DNA of 41,000 nt from Marsupella aquatica (taxonomy: Eukaryota > Plantae > Marchantiophyta), in the NCBI GenBank assembly GCA_973895155.1, contig OZ316891.1, positions 32,086,008-32,127,007 of the forward strand, read 5' to 3'. Of this stretch, positions 22,326 through 33,000 are shown piece by piece. Below the pieces are notes generated by a model that worked only from the letters and a program-made list of their open reading frames with translations, did no database searches and was not told the origin of the DNA. Each line of letters opens with the position of its first letter. The stretch's first letter is position 1. The position numbers and the translations under genes were made by a program.

Positions 22326-23296
22326 ACGAATTTAAGATTGAATTGACGTACAGGCAGTGTATGCCAGAAGGAGCTAGACGGGAGAGGAATTCACGTTCTA
22401 CTATAATTGTGAAGATGCGTCATCACTCCAGTTAAAAAGATGAAGAGCTTCCATTTCGAGGTGATGCCGTACTCTATCCAAAGCGCCCCGGAAGCTCTCT
22501 TAAGAGTATTGGAAAAATTTGTGGTGCCAAACTTAAGAGAAGAAACCGCCCTCCCACCAGAAAAGGCCTCACAGAGAGGAGCTGTTGCTCGTCAAGTTGC
22601 TTTGGAGATAGTCGAAGACACCAAAGACACTTTGAGTGACAAGTGAAGTTATTCTAACATTGCTCGGGACGTATGATTTGTAAAATTGTCCAACCATCCT
22701 GGTTCGTATGACCGATGCCACCTATCCGATCTTTGGGAACATTAAGAATTAGGAATTTGAGGAATCGTTATGTTAATTCTTGGGTTCTGAGCCTGAGAGG
22801 GAGGAATGGCATACATTGGTTAACTATCACCTGGTGGGAAGATGAAAGTTTGCATTTAGTAATATTAAGGCTGAATGGTAGGATCACACAGGAGAGATAT
22901 TTAGTCATTTCCATTCGGGAGTTAGCGGAAAGAATCATGCACCAGGAATTGCGTAGAAGATTAGGAAGGAGTTAGACGTCTGATTAGTAGGATGGCCTAG
23001 TGTAGCGTACCATGTGGTAAAGAAATTTCAGGGTGAAGGAAGTCGGAGATTATGGGGAACGCCCGGTTCCAGTAATCGCCACCGTAAAGGAGATAAGGAA
23101 GGACGCCGCGAAGAGCGTCCAATGCGATTCGTCCCAGAAGATTCCGCAAGTCAGGACGCTTCGAGTAGCGTCCGATCCCAGTGGACGCTGTGAGCAGCGT
23201 CCGGTGGAATCTGTGACGAACCAACGTGCGCAACGCTTCTGGTGTGCCTTTTCGCGTCTCAACCTGAAGGACGCACCAGAGAAAACGAGGTTTTAG

Positions 23297-25477
23297 AATC
23301 TCGGCTGGTCACTGAAGGGAAGTATTAGCTACGGGATAGCAAGGGGGAGGAATCATGCAAGGGATGTAGAACAGACGCAGTCTATCAATTGGACGAAGGT
23401 TTTGCACCGAGTAATTCATACTCAGGTCAAAAATTTTCGTAGCAGGCTGAAAACGGGGAAAATAAGGTGTACCTACTTGGCCCCTTATTTAGCTCACATT
23501 TACCATAAGTATGACTGTCTGATTGTCTTGGAAAAAGATTTTTATCGCAACAATCAGAGAGCATCTACCGGTGAAGCAAATTATATGCCTGAAGTACGAG
23601 AAGTCCGAGCCAATTCCACAGTGGTAGAGCTATGTGCAATACTCGACTGTGAGGAACCTGAACTGGTGGGTGAAGTTCGGAAATTGAAAGAGACAAGAGC
23701 ATCAGCTGAAGGGAGTGACGATCCGATTCTTCACCAACCAAGAGAGGCTCAAGTTGCCGAAGATGTTCCTTCAGCAATGCCAACAGGGTTGGAGCATTCT
23801 ATGTCACCTCGACTCTCGTGTTCACCTTGTGCTGCCGAGCCTATTTATGATGTTGATCAGGATAATTCTGCTTCTCGGATGAATGTTGAAGATGAGGTGA
23901 GGGTGGATGAAGAAGGTTTTTCAGGGGAACCTCTTCAACATTCTACTGCTGAGGACGAGTATGATGGATTTACTTCTACCCCTGTTTTGGTTCCCATAGA
24001 GGCAAATAGTGATGCTTTGCAGGCTTTACAGGAGTATGATTCGTCCGACTCTCTTAGTTCTAGCCCAAATATAGGTGAAATCCCTCTGGTCCAGGAGTCA
24101 GAAATATTAAGCTCAGAAATTGTGAAGCTGGTTAAAGTTGATTCGGAGGATGCAATTGTGGATATAGACGAAGTAGGTGAACCAGTGACTTCTCCCCAAT
24201 CTGTCGCAAGATACCCTGCCTGGTCTACACCTGGTTCACTCATATCGATTCCTTTGGATATAACTAAGGAATTAGATGAGGCAATAGCCGCGATAGGAGC
24301 TCCTTCATTTCCGCCTGTAAAATGGGTTTCTCCTGAAGATGAGTTGATTGAAGGAGGCTCTGCTGGTTTTCCGAGTCGCAATCAGGTATCTGGTAATATG
24401 GGTATATCTGTACCCATATTGGTACCCGAGACACCCGCTTCGACAACCAGCTCAGCACCAGTTTCATTGGCTACAAACGAGGATAAAAACATTCGGGAGG
24501 AGTTTTCAGTGACGTATACTCGAAAATCTTGGAAACGGTTGCGCCATGCTATCAGTCGACAGATCTTTCCTGAAGCATCTTCCCAGGATTTTGAACAGGG
24601 AGAAGCACCTATCGGAACAGACGAGCTACCCCTTCCTGTACTTTTGGCAGATCGAACTAACCAGGAAGTCTCTTTACCTAGCGATAATTTTAAAGAAGAA
24701 CTTCCTGTTTTAGTACCAATGCATCCCACTGCAGATCAACCAGCTACTGTTGCAAGAGAAGAATTTGAACCACTGGAGCCCGAACCTTCTGCTCCTTCGT
24801 CTCCTGTTACATTGCCAATTCGACCAGTTAAGGAGTCAGTGATTCCTTCCGCTATGCCAGATGTAATTTTCCGTTGGATAGGAGCACCAAGTGATGGAGA
24901 AGAAGACGAAGACCCTCGCATTATCAGAGTACCTCCTCGACTTCGGCATACAGTGGATTTGCCACCCCGAAATCCTATCCCTAATTTGGCTTCAATTCAC
25001 AGGTGGGAGAAGAAACATTTTCGAGTAGCTTTTCGACATCTGGAGATGGAGAGCATTTTGCAGCAGCAGCAGATTTTGCCAATGACATCCCATCCGAGGA
25101 TTCGTAGTTTGATTCGCACATATGAACCTGGGAAGGCGGTTCCTCCCATTGATAAGGACAGACGACATAAGTTTTCGGAGTTCGAAATTTGGTGTTGGGT
25201 GTATATGCTTCGACGAGCTCAAGCTCCATTTCCGCCCCTTGTGCCGGAAATTCCATGGCCCTATCCATACTATGTTTGGGTTTGTCCTGGTGGGTTTGCT
25301 ATTCCAATTAAATATGAGAAGAAGCTTGTTAAGCTAAGGGAGCAGTTGATTACAAAACAATGTATGCTACCGGCTTCCCAAGGGTTCAAGTCGCTTAGGT
25401 GTTTAGCGTTCCTACCTATTATTCCTTCTTATCCGGATGTGATTATTCAAGGTGTTTTATCTAGGACACAGATTTGA
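23297..25477 (+). CDS. Element C accessory ORF (>=691 aa, acidic/Pro-rich), 5' part probably decayed
   Basis: ORF 23402-25477 has no ATG at its start. The frame is open from 23297 and continues through TAG 23294-23296 into ORF 23033. Contains the motif INWTKVLH...YLAPYLAHIY. Confidence 0.65.
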   Translation, partial: NLGWSLKGSISYGIARGRNHARDVEQTQSINWTKVLHRVIHTQVKNFRSRLKTGKIRCTYLAPYLAHIYHKYDCLIVLEKDFYRNNQRASTGEANYMPEVREVRANSTVVELCAILDCEEPELVGEVRKLKETRASAEGSDDPILHQPREAQVAEDVPSAMPTGLEHSMSPRLSCSPCAAEPIYDVDQDNSASRMNVEDEVRVDEEGFSGEPLQHSTAEDEYDGFTSTPVLVPIEANSDALQALQEYDSSDSLSSSPNIGEIPLVQESEILSSEIVKLVKVDSEDAIVDIDEVGEPVTSPQSVARYPAWSTPGSLISIPLDITKELDEAIAAIGAPSFPPVKWVSPEDELIEGGSAGFPSRNQVSGNMGISVPILVPETPASTTSSAPVSLATNEDKNIREEFSVTYTRKSWKRLRHAISRQIFPEASSQDFEQGEAPIGTDELPLPVLLADRTNQEVSLPSDNFKEELPVLVPMHPTADQPATVAREEFEPLEPEPSAPSSPVTLPIRPVKESVIPSAMPDVIFRWIGAPSDGEEDEDPRIIRVPPRLRHTVDLPPRNPIPNLASIHRWEKKHFRVAFRHLEMESILQQQQILPMTSHPRIRSLIRTYEPGKAVPPIDKDRRHKFSEFEIWCWVYMLRRAQAPFPPLVPEIPWPYPYYVWVCPGGFAIPIKYEKKLVKLREQLITKQCMLPASQGFKSLRCLAFLPIIPSYPDVIIQGVLSRTQI

Positions 25478-25489
25478 AGGACACCATTT

Positions 25490-25966
25490 ATGAGAGATAT
25501 CAAACGGTGTTGTCATTTATATGTATATAAGCCGTTACTTTTGCAGCATCCTGCAATTGTTTCCTTCTTTCTCCTTCGAATTGATATTTATCTGCTCATG
25601 TGGGACATCAAAGCTACTATGGATTGTTGGAATTCTTTACCCCGTGCTTTCCAACATTCCTTTGAAGGCAAGATCAAACTGGGAGGACATGCTATTCAAC
25701 ACTTTGTTATTGATCCAGGCTCTCGAATTAATTTCCTCTCCCACAGACTGTGCCAGCAATTTGTTCATCAAGAAGTACAACCGATATCTGCTCAGATATC
25801 AATCGATGGACGAATCATTAATCTTTGGGGAAGAGTTAAAGGAGTCCCAATACAGATCGGAGAAGAATTCCATGACCTCGATTTTTATATTCTGGATTCG
25901 GATATCTCCCAACTCCCGTCAATGATTTTGAGCACTACTTGGATTATTAAGCCAGAATATTATTAA
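25490..25966 (+). CDS. Retroviral-type aspartic-protease-like ORF (158 aa)
   Basis: FVIDPGSRINFLS...IDGR...GRVKGVPIQIG...DFYILD...MILSTTWI follows the retropepsin pattern with DPG in place of D[ST]G. Confidence 0.7.
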   Translation: MRDIKRCCHLYVYKPLLLQHPAIVSFFLLRIDIYLLMWDIKATMDCWNSLPRAFQHSFEGKIKLGGHAIQHFVIDPGSRINFLSHRLCQQFVHQEVQPISAQISIDGRIINLWGRVKGVPIQIGEEFHDLDFYILDSDISQLPSMILSTTWIIKPEYY

Positions 25967-26028
25967 TGAAGAACATGTCACTCGCTTCTGATTCAATTCG
26001 GTCATGTCTTGTGGGGACACGGCGAAAT

Positions 26029-26043
26029 TTAAGTGGAGGGCTA
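26029..26043 (+). promoter_or_regulatory. Polypurine tract of element C
   Basis: TTAAGTGGAGGGCTA directly before the 3' LTR TG. Confidence 0.85.
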
Positions 26044-27434
26044 TGTGGTATGGGTGTCCCTGCAATTTTTTCTGGAAACTTGTTTATTTTTAGCATATCA
26101 CAAGATTTACTTACACTTTAGACACCTTCCGGCCAACATTTACTTGTTCTGGACACTTATAGAAATATTTGACATCTCCGGCTTTCCTGACGATTCCTAG
26201 TGTACTTTGCCCGACGCTGTGACCAGCGCCCGTTTCTTTTACTCAAGACGCTGCGGAAGCGTCCAACCTCCTCATGACGCTTTTGGCAGCGCCCGACCGC
26301 CACCAAGACTCTATGAGGATTTCGACCGACGCTGTGGAAAGCGTCAGCTTCAACACACGACGCTGTGAGCAGCGTCCACCCTAGTATTGACGCTGTGAGC
26401 AGTGTGAGCAGCGTCCGTTGGTTTTACTTAAGACGCTTCTAGCAGCGTCCAGATTCTCCCGACGCTTCTAGCAGCATCCGCTCAACACTTAGTTTTTGAA
26501 GTAGATTACTAGTAAAGTAGTATTCTACCACCCTTGTTGAAGTACTTATGCTGTGCTTCTCCCTTGTTTAGTTTTAAGCTTGGAAAGGCACGACTGTTCT
26601 TACCTCCTCCATTTTAGGATTCCAACACTTATAAGACAGAGTAGAATGCTCATTTGAAGTAGAGAGAAATAGAGTTAATACTGTATTCAGAATTGAGTCT
26701 TCTGAATAGTTTTCTCCTCCTTCCATTGTAACAAGGCATGCTGTGAGTGTTTTGTATGGAAGTAAAGCTATATTGATTGAAGTTAAGATTGAATTCAAGA
26801 GATTCCTGTGGTGATTGAATTCAGTTGCAGATTTCTGAAACTCGTATTGAATTCACTGCTAGGCTTGCTTGCAGAGTCGGGATTCGCTAGCCAATTCAAG
26901 AATAGTTAATGATAAATGAGAAGTAAATTCTGATTCTCAGAGTAGTTAGTACTGTTGCTTTGATTCTGGAATATGGTTTAGAGTTTGACTGAATTGTGTA
27001 TCGCTGATGTCAAACCATGTTGACGGCATTTTAAATCATATCATTCATTTGCAATCAGAAAGCTTCTGCTTCATCAGATTGAGAATTCCATTATCATTAA
27101 CCTTTGTGTTTTGAAGAGTGAGATGGATGAATTATGAGATAGATTTCATGTCTATACTGAGCCCAAATCCTTTCTGAAGGAGTGGCAGTAGCAGCTTGTA
27201 GTCTCTAAATCCTTACTCATTTCTTCTCTAATTCATAAATCAGAAGTTCAGTTACTTTGTTGTTTGTTTATTCGATTTTTTTTATTGAGAAGTGAAGTCA
27301 ACATAGAGCTCAAGACTCTAAATCACTCGGAGTGATAAAAGTTATACAATTCATTCTGAAATCTGTTCTTAAAGGGATCGAAACCCTGGTTTTAGGTGAG
27401 AAGAGTCACTTTTGATACTTAGCACTATACGACA
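26044..27434 (+). repeat. 3' LTR of element C
   Basis: Direct repeat of 20911-22301, followed by TSD TCAGA. Confidence 0.96.
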
Positions 27435-27573
27435 TCAGATGTCAATTTTGAAATCCAAGAGGAGCTGGGTGTTGACATTATTGATGAATACGGATCTCTT
27501 TTTTCAGACTGAGATCAAACCGTCTGACTTTCCATTTTTTCATACCAATCTAAAATACTTCTCGGTCTCACAG

Positions 27574-27633
27574 AATGCGGTCAGCAATTAGAGCCTCGAT
27601 ATCCACCTACGCTCTTTGGGGCTTCTAAAAATG
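27574..27633 (+). CDS. Putative 60-nt internal exon (ECGQQLEPRYPPTLFGASKN)
   Basis: Flanked by TCTCACAG| and |GTATGT, phase 1 on both sides, compatible with both neighbours. Confidence 0.5.
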
Positions 27634-27748
27634 GTATGTAGGTTTTCTTTGTTGTTAGTCATTGTCTTGTATTTTTGGACTGAGACAATCTCAGTCCAAA
27701 GTTCAAATTTGGTTTTCTTTCTAAGAGTTGTATTTGTTGCACTTGCAG

Positions 27749-28785
27749 AATCGAGACCTTGTCCCATCAAGCGGAAGTTGCTGATTTTGGATCTTAACAA
27801 AATACTTTGGGATTCACTTGAATTCCAAAGCAAGGGCAAATCCAGAAACATTGTGACCCCAAATGGAGTGCATTGGGATAGATCAAATGGAACTAGTCGC
27901 ATGTATACACAGAGGCCAGGGTTCCATGAGTTTCTAAAGTTGGTTTTTGACCGGTTTGACGTTGCAATTTGGACATGTGCTGGGATGCCGCGGACAGTGA
28001 AAATGTTGAACATGATGTTCACTGTTGAGGAGCGGTTGAAACTGAAGTTTGTATTCACACAGGTGGAAGCCTTTGACACAGGCATTCAAAGGCGTGACAT
28101 TACAAATGGAAAGGCAAATGTGCTATTGAAGGATTTTCGGGTGGTATGGAGTGCATTTGGAAATCTATATGATGAAACCAACACACTCCTTGTGGATGAC
28201 TCCCCCTTGAAGGCATTTGCCAACCCAGACATGACCGGACTATTTCCAGTGCCCTACACGCATGCCAATCGTGGAGACAATTTTCTTCTAACAATTCTTT
28301 GGCCATGTCTTGAGAAACTGTCACATGCAAGTGACATTCGTTGTTATCTTCTCCTAAACTCTCCAAAGTGGTCTCTATTGCACATTAAGAGAGACAAGGC
28401 AAAAAATGAGATTACTTATGATCAACTTAGTAAGAGATGTGCAGCAAAAATTTGGAAGTCACAGTATAGGCATAGTGTGTTGGACCTCAATAGCAATGAG
28501 ATTCCTTGGGCTGTGAAGCACCGTATATGTAGCTTACGTCCTGAGGTGGAACTTGACGATGCACTTGTCACCTCACTTGCTAGATCATTTGTAGGACGGG
28601 AATATTCAGGTCTTTATAGAGAAAATCCCAGACACTTTTTGCGGGAGATTATAGCAGTTAGGAACAACACCACCAAATTTCATCTCCCTGAAGATAAAGG
28701 GAGTTGCAACCGTGACATTAGGGTAGATAGTAAAGGAGACAAGGGCACGTGCTCAAATAAATATTGTAAGGAGCACTTTGTTTAG
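27749..28785 (+). CDS. Terminal exon: FCP1/SCP (NIF) HAD-superfamily phosphatase-like domain
   Basis: KLLILDLNKIL...RPGFHEFLKLVFDRFDVAIWT...LLKD...NTLLVDDSP. The acceptor TTGCAG ends at 27748. Confidence 0.85.
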
Positions 28786-29044
28786 AGATCTGACTCATGT
28801 TAAGCCCATTAGATAGTAAAAATGGGTGCCAGCCCTGGATATTCATTGTAAGTTTGGACACAATTGTATATAATTATTTCACACATTATCAATCAATGGT
28901 CCTTGCTTAGGCTTCTTTGTGCGTAAATGTTTTTACAAGTATGATCTCTATCCCATGGTTCTTTGTGAACTAATAAGTAATATAATACTATTATAATTAA
29001 TATAAGATAATATATTAATATAATACTAATAAGATTTGGCCTAT

Positions 29045-29123
29045 AAAGTGTACATTTAGGTATCAAAAAGTGTACATTTGGGCTTCTTAAAGTGTACATT
29101 TGGGGACATAAAAGTGTACATTT
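29045..29123. repeat. Four AAAGTGTACATTT boxes at exact 22-bp period
   Basis: Copies at 29045, 29067, 29089 and 29111, with variable 9-bp spacers. Confidence 0.93.
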
Positions 29124-29176
29124 CAGGACTGATTTGTGAACAAAAGAAAATACACTTTTAATGAATAGGCTGATAT

Positions 29177-30059
29177 ATGGCCACCTCAGCCCCGGGTAAT
29201 GTCACCCCCGCCCCAGAGGAGGCAACCCCGACTACGCGGACTACTGTCCCTCGGACAAACCCCGAGCCGGAAGCCCCGACTAATACTCCGCAACCGCCCC
29301 CTGTGGAAATTCCACCGCCTCCTTCCGTTGAGCCTCCGCTACCTGCAGTACAACCACCCCCAATCCCTCCACCACCTGAAGAAACCTTCCCCTCCCCAGC
29401 GCTGACTACGGAGGAGCTCATTGCCCCTGCCGAGGAACCACCGGTACCCGAGAGGATGGAGGACTACCAAGTAGCCCCGGGGACCATGGCCTACGACCTG
29501 GTCCAGAAGTTTAGCCAGACTATGTCTGGGGAGTTGGCGACATACATCGGACAACAAGTCTCGGCGTACTTTCAGCCAGCCTTCTTCATGTTAGAGCACC
29601 AACCACGGATCGTCAGCCGCTTGGAAGAAGAACTCATGGCGAAGGGGAATGAGATCGGGCGTCTCCAGATGCTGGTAGAGCACCTCGAGGAGGAGGCAAC
29701 GACCCGCCGCGAGGATTTAGTCCGCACTGTCGAACAGAGGGACGGACTAACCCAGGAGTTAAGCGGAGCGCAGGCCCAACTCAAGAAGCTGGACGACACC
29801 ATGCTTCAATTACGCTCAGAATCTTCGGCTCGGGTTACCAGCCTGACTGACCTCAACAAACAATTCCTGCAGGCAGCACAGCAGGTGGCTAGTCTCTCCG
29901 CCGAACGAGATAAATTGCTAGCGCAAGACCAGGTCCATCGCGATGCCATCGACCAGCTCAACTTGGAGGTGGCGCGGCTCCAGACTGAAGCCGACGAAGC
30001 TGCAAACGAGGCGGAGGAAGCATTACGGGACAACAAGGCTTTGCAGGACCGCGTCACCC
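29177..30059 (+). pseudogene. Pro-rich + coiled-coil ORF fragment (D), probably another retroelement accessory ORF, interrupted by element B
   Basis: GC-rich ORF starting abruptly after AT-rich DNA. Its last ~38 aa are read-through into LTR B, which starts at 30060. Confidence 0.55.
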
Positions 30060-33000
30060 TGTGGTGCGTCCCATGGCTCCCTAAACCCAAGAAACCCCCC
30101 AGCTCAAGCCGATTCCCGCAGGTTTCGTGCTTGGCGAGGCCGTTTCCGCGGCTTAGCGGCATGGGACGCTGCTAACCTTCTACTACTACTATTAACATTT
30201 TACACACATATACTGGACAGATCCTTCATCGGGTCATGAGATACGTAGCCGGCCTAATATAGGCCTTCCCCTGTCTTCCCCTGTCTTCCCCTCCGTCTTG
30301 TTAGGTATGTTTGGATTCCGCCGCCGGAATGATCCCCAATAGGCTTGGTTAAGCCGCTAAGACCTCTCTCAGCTCGACACATCCAACTCTCACTCCCCTG
30401 CTTACTTTCCTTCCTTCTGTTGATGTGGGCACTCTTCACACAAGTTAATGCGACACACAAATAGCAAAATGACTCATTCTGACTGAGTCATACCATGCAC
30501 TTGCCATACAAACAGTACATCTCATACACAAGTTCTGCGAACTAAGCCGTGAGGCCAACTCTATTCAGCTCTTAGGCATGAGGAAACATGAATATACACA
30601 AGGGTCACTGTATGACTAACCGAGAGCTTCTCGTACTACTTGATCCCAGCCCGGCTGGTGCAAACTAAAAACTTGCTAAAGAAGAGGCCCTGAGCTCCCC
30701 GCTGCCCAGGTACTTATCCTGGTAGTGGATCCACCATTCTTTGCATCGTAAGCCTAATCTACTTAATAGTAATCTACTTGCCCGAATCTACCTATGTACA
30801 ACAAGGCAGGAGCACAAGTGTTGCTCCTACCAGTGGGACCGCGATCCCACTAAGCTAAGTGTCAGGGCCGCTCCTGGTTCTGATCCTAATCCTAAACGTG
30901 GAGATCCGCGCCCGCCCTGCCCACTCACGCCTCCTCCCTCCACGTCCGCCCTCCCTAAAAGGAACGGCGCCCTTGCACCGTCACGACACCGGTGGTGGAT
31001 CCTTAATGGACGCCCCCAACGCTTCCTCCTCAGCCACTGCCGTAGGTTCATTCTCTGAAAGATTACCTGCCCTTGACTGAGTCAACTCTCCATCGGCCTC
31101 ACTGGGTCCACCTTCGGCTTCAGCCTCGACACCGGCCTCGGCAATACCCACGGCTTCGGCCTCAGCCACTCCCACGGCTTCGGCTTCAGCCACTCCCTCG
31201 GCTTCGGCCTCCCCTTCCCCTAGGGTAGTTGGATCCTTAGCCGTGACCCTGTCTGGGGTCGGTGCTGGGTCTACCTCCTTGATCACCACGGCCTGTGAAG
31301 TCGTATTACTCCTTGACCCTGAAGGTTTCCGCTTCTTCTTCGTTGGTGGCTCGACAGCTGGTCCCTTCCCCTTCCCACTTACTTCCGGCACTGGTGTAGT
31401 TGGCGCGGCTTGTCCTTCGGCAATTACCACCCCTGGTAACTGGTTTGTCCCAACGGGAGATGGACCTGCTGCAGCTAAGCATTTAAATACTGCGGCTTGT
31501 TTCTTCAGCCGCTCTGTTTGGTTGTCGGCCCGCCGCTGTAGGTTCTCCATCTTCCTCGTGATTTCCTCCAACTCCTCTTGGGTTTCATCCAGGTCCTTAC
31601 GTGCCCCCTCCAGCTCGTTTTTGGCCTCCTCCTGCTCCCTGTGGGCTTCCTCCAATTCCTTCTTCAAGGTAGCCCTCTCCTCCTGGGTTGCTCTTAGCTC
31701 CTTGTCGAGCTCTGCAATGATGACAGACTCCATCTGGTTCATCTTGGCGTAAGTCTGTTCGAGCATCTCGTCCTTCTCCCTTAGGTCGGCCTTGAAGCTG
31801 GCCGTCAGGGACGCAAGCTCCTGCTGCAGCGCCATAATCCCTTGATAGGATTTCCCTAACTCGACCTCCTTCTGCTCAAGGGCTCCGCGGATTTTCTCGA
31901 GCTCCCCTTTCAACGCCCATTCCTTTCTTTGGGTCTCCGCCATGGCCCGGCTGTTGGCTGTTATGTGGGCCTCCTCTGTATTCTTCAGCTCTTGCTTCCA
32001 CTTCTCCCTCTCTTTGATCGTGTCGGCCAACTCTCCTTGCGTCTGAGTTAGTTTATCCTTGATATTCTGATTATCAGCCTGCGCGGTGTCCAACTGCCCT
32101 TGCATGATGTTCAGCTCATGTCGTTTAATCCGCAGTTCATCTTGGGCTTTCTTGGCCGCCCTTAGATCTTCAATCTCGGCTTCCATCCTCCTAAGCCGCC
32201 GAATGACCTCGTCCTTCTTGCTTCTCTCTAAAGCCACCGCTTCTTCTAATTGGTGCTTCTCCAACTGCTCCCTATGGAAAAAGGGTCCTACCTCCAACTC
32301 CTCTCCAAAGATGCCGAGCGCAAGTTCCCCACACATCTCACCATACTCCATGGCTCTATTCTTAGCGTAGGTGGAGTAAGTAGAAGTGATCGGCATCGCC
32401 CATCGTGGCCTCTGCTCCCAAGCCGTCCTGCGGATCTCTTCAATCGTGGCTAGAGGTTTGCTTCCTTTTTCGGCTAGCCGCCTGATGTCCTCCGGCCAAT
32501 CTCCTCCTGGTAAATCCTTTTCCTTAGCCAGGGCGGCCTCTTCCTCCTGCTTGATTCGCTCCTGAAATTCCTGCACCGTCTATTTTATGCCGTCGAAGCT
32601 CGGGGGAGCAACATCTGGTGGGGGAGACTCAGGGCTACTCTGCTGGTTGGGGTCCCCTCGCACTACCCTTGGAAGTGTGGGGACAAACCGGCCACAGGTC
32701 CTTACTCCTGGAACGTGATGGTCCGACCCATAGCCGGAATTATCATGGCTGCAGTCCTCCACTGCCTCCTCTACCTCTTGGACGTCCAGCTTCTCCCTCT
32801 CCTCTTCGTCGGTAGGAGCTTCAGGCAATTCTGCCTCAGATTCGGAGCTTGAGGTTCCCACGTACATTCGAACACCTGGCTTGGATTCCGGCCTGATTCT
32901 CTCCTTGTCTCCAGCAAAGGGGTTTTCTCTTGTGAGCCGGTGTAGGCCTACCTCTGTAGTAGTGTCCTGCATTGTTGCCGTTGCCGTTGTTGTTGCCGAT

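Larger units (their letters stand above)
20911..27434 (+). mobile_element. Element C: non-autonomous LTR retrotransposon (6524 bp)
   Basis: 1391-bp LTRs (offset 5133), TG...CA ends, TSD TCAGA at 20906-20910 and 27435-27439, PBS and PPT present, no RT, RNase H or integrase. Confidence 0.95.
17401..28785 (+). pseudogene. Disrupted multi-exon gene: ParB/Srx-like + N4/N6 MTase-like + FCP1/NIF phosphatase-like
   Basis: Exons 17401-18368, 18608-20910 + 27440-27468 (after removing element C), 27574-27633 and 27749-28785 join in frame at GT-AG sites. The 5' end is cut by element A and there is a TAG at 17517. Confidence 0.65.

Noticed and set aside
22440-23032. gag remnant after the PBS of element C
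   Set aside because: The sequence looks like decayed coding DNA, but I see no Gag motif or consistent frame.
27616-27748. Signal-peptide-like N-terminus of the 389-aa ORF
   Set aside because: It is mostly T-rich intron sequence between GTATGT (27634) and TTGCAG (27748).
32580-32582. Programmed stop-codon read-through
   Set aside because: The sister copy has CAG here, so a nonsense mutation is simpler. The stops at 38326 and 35377 are likely also decay, since A is a single ORF.
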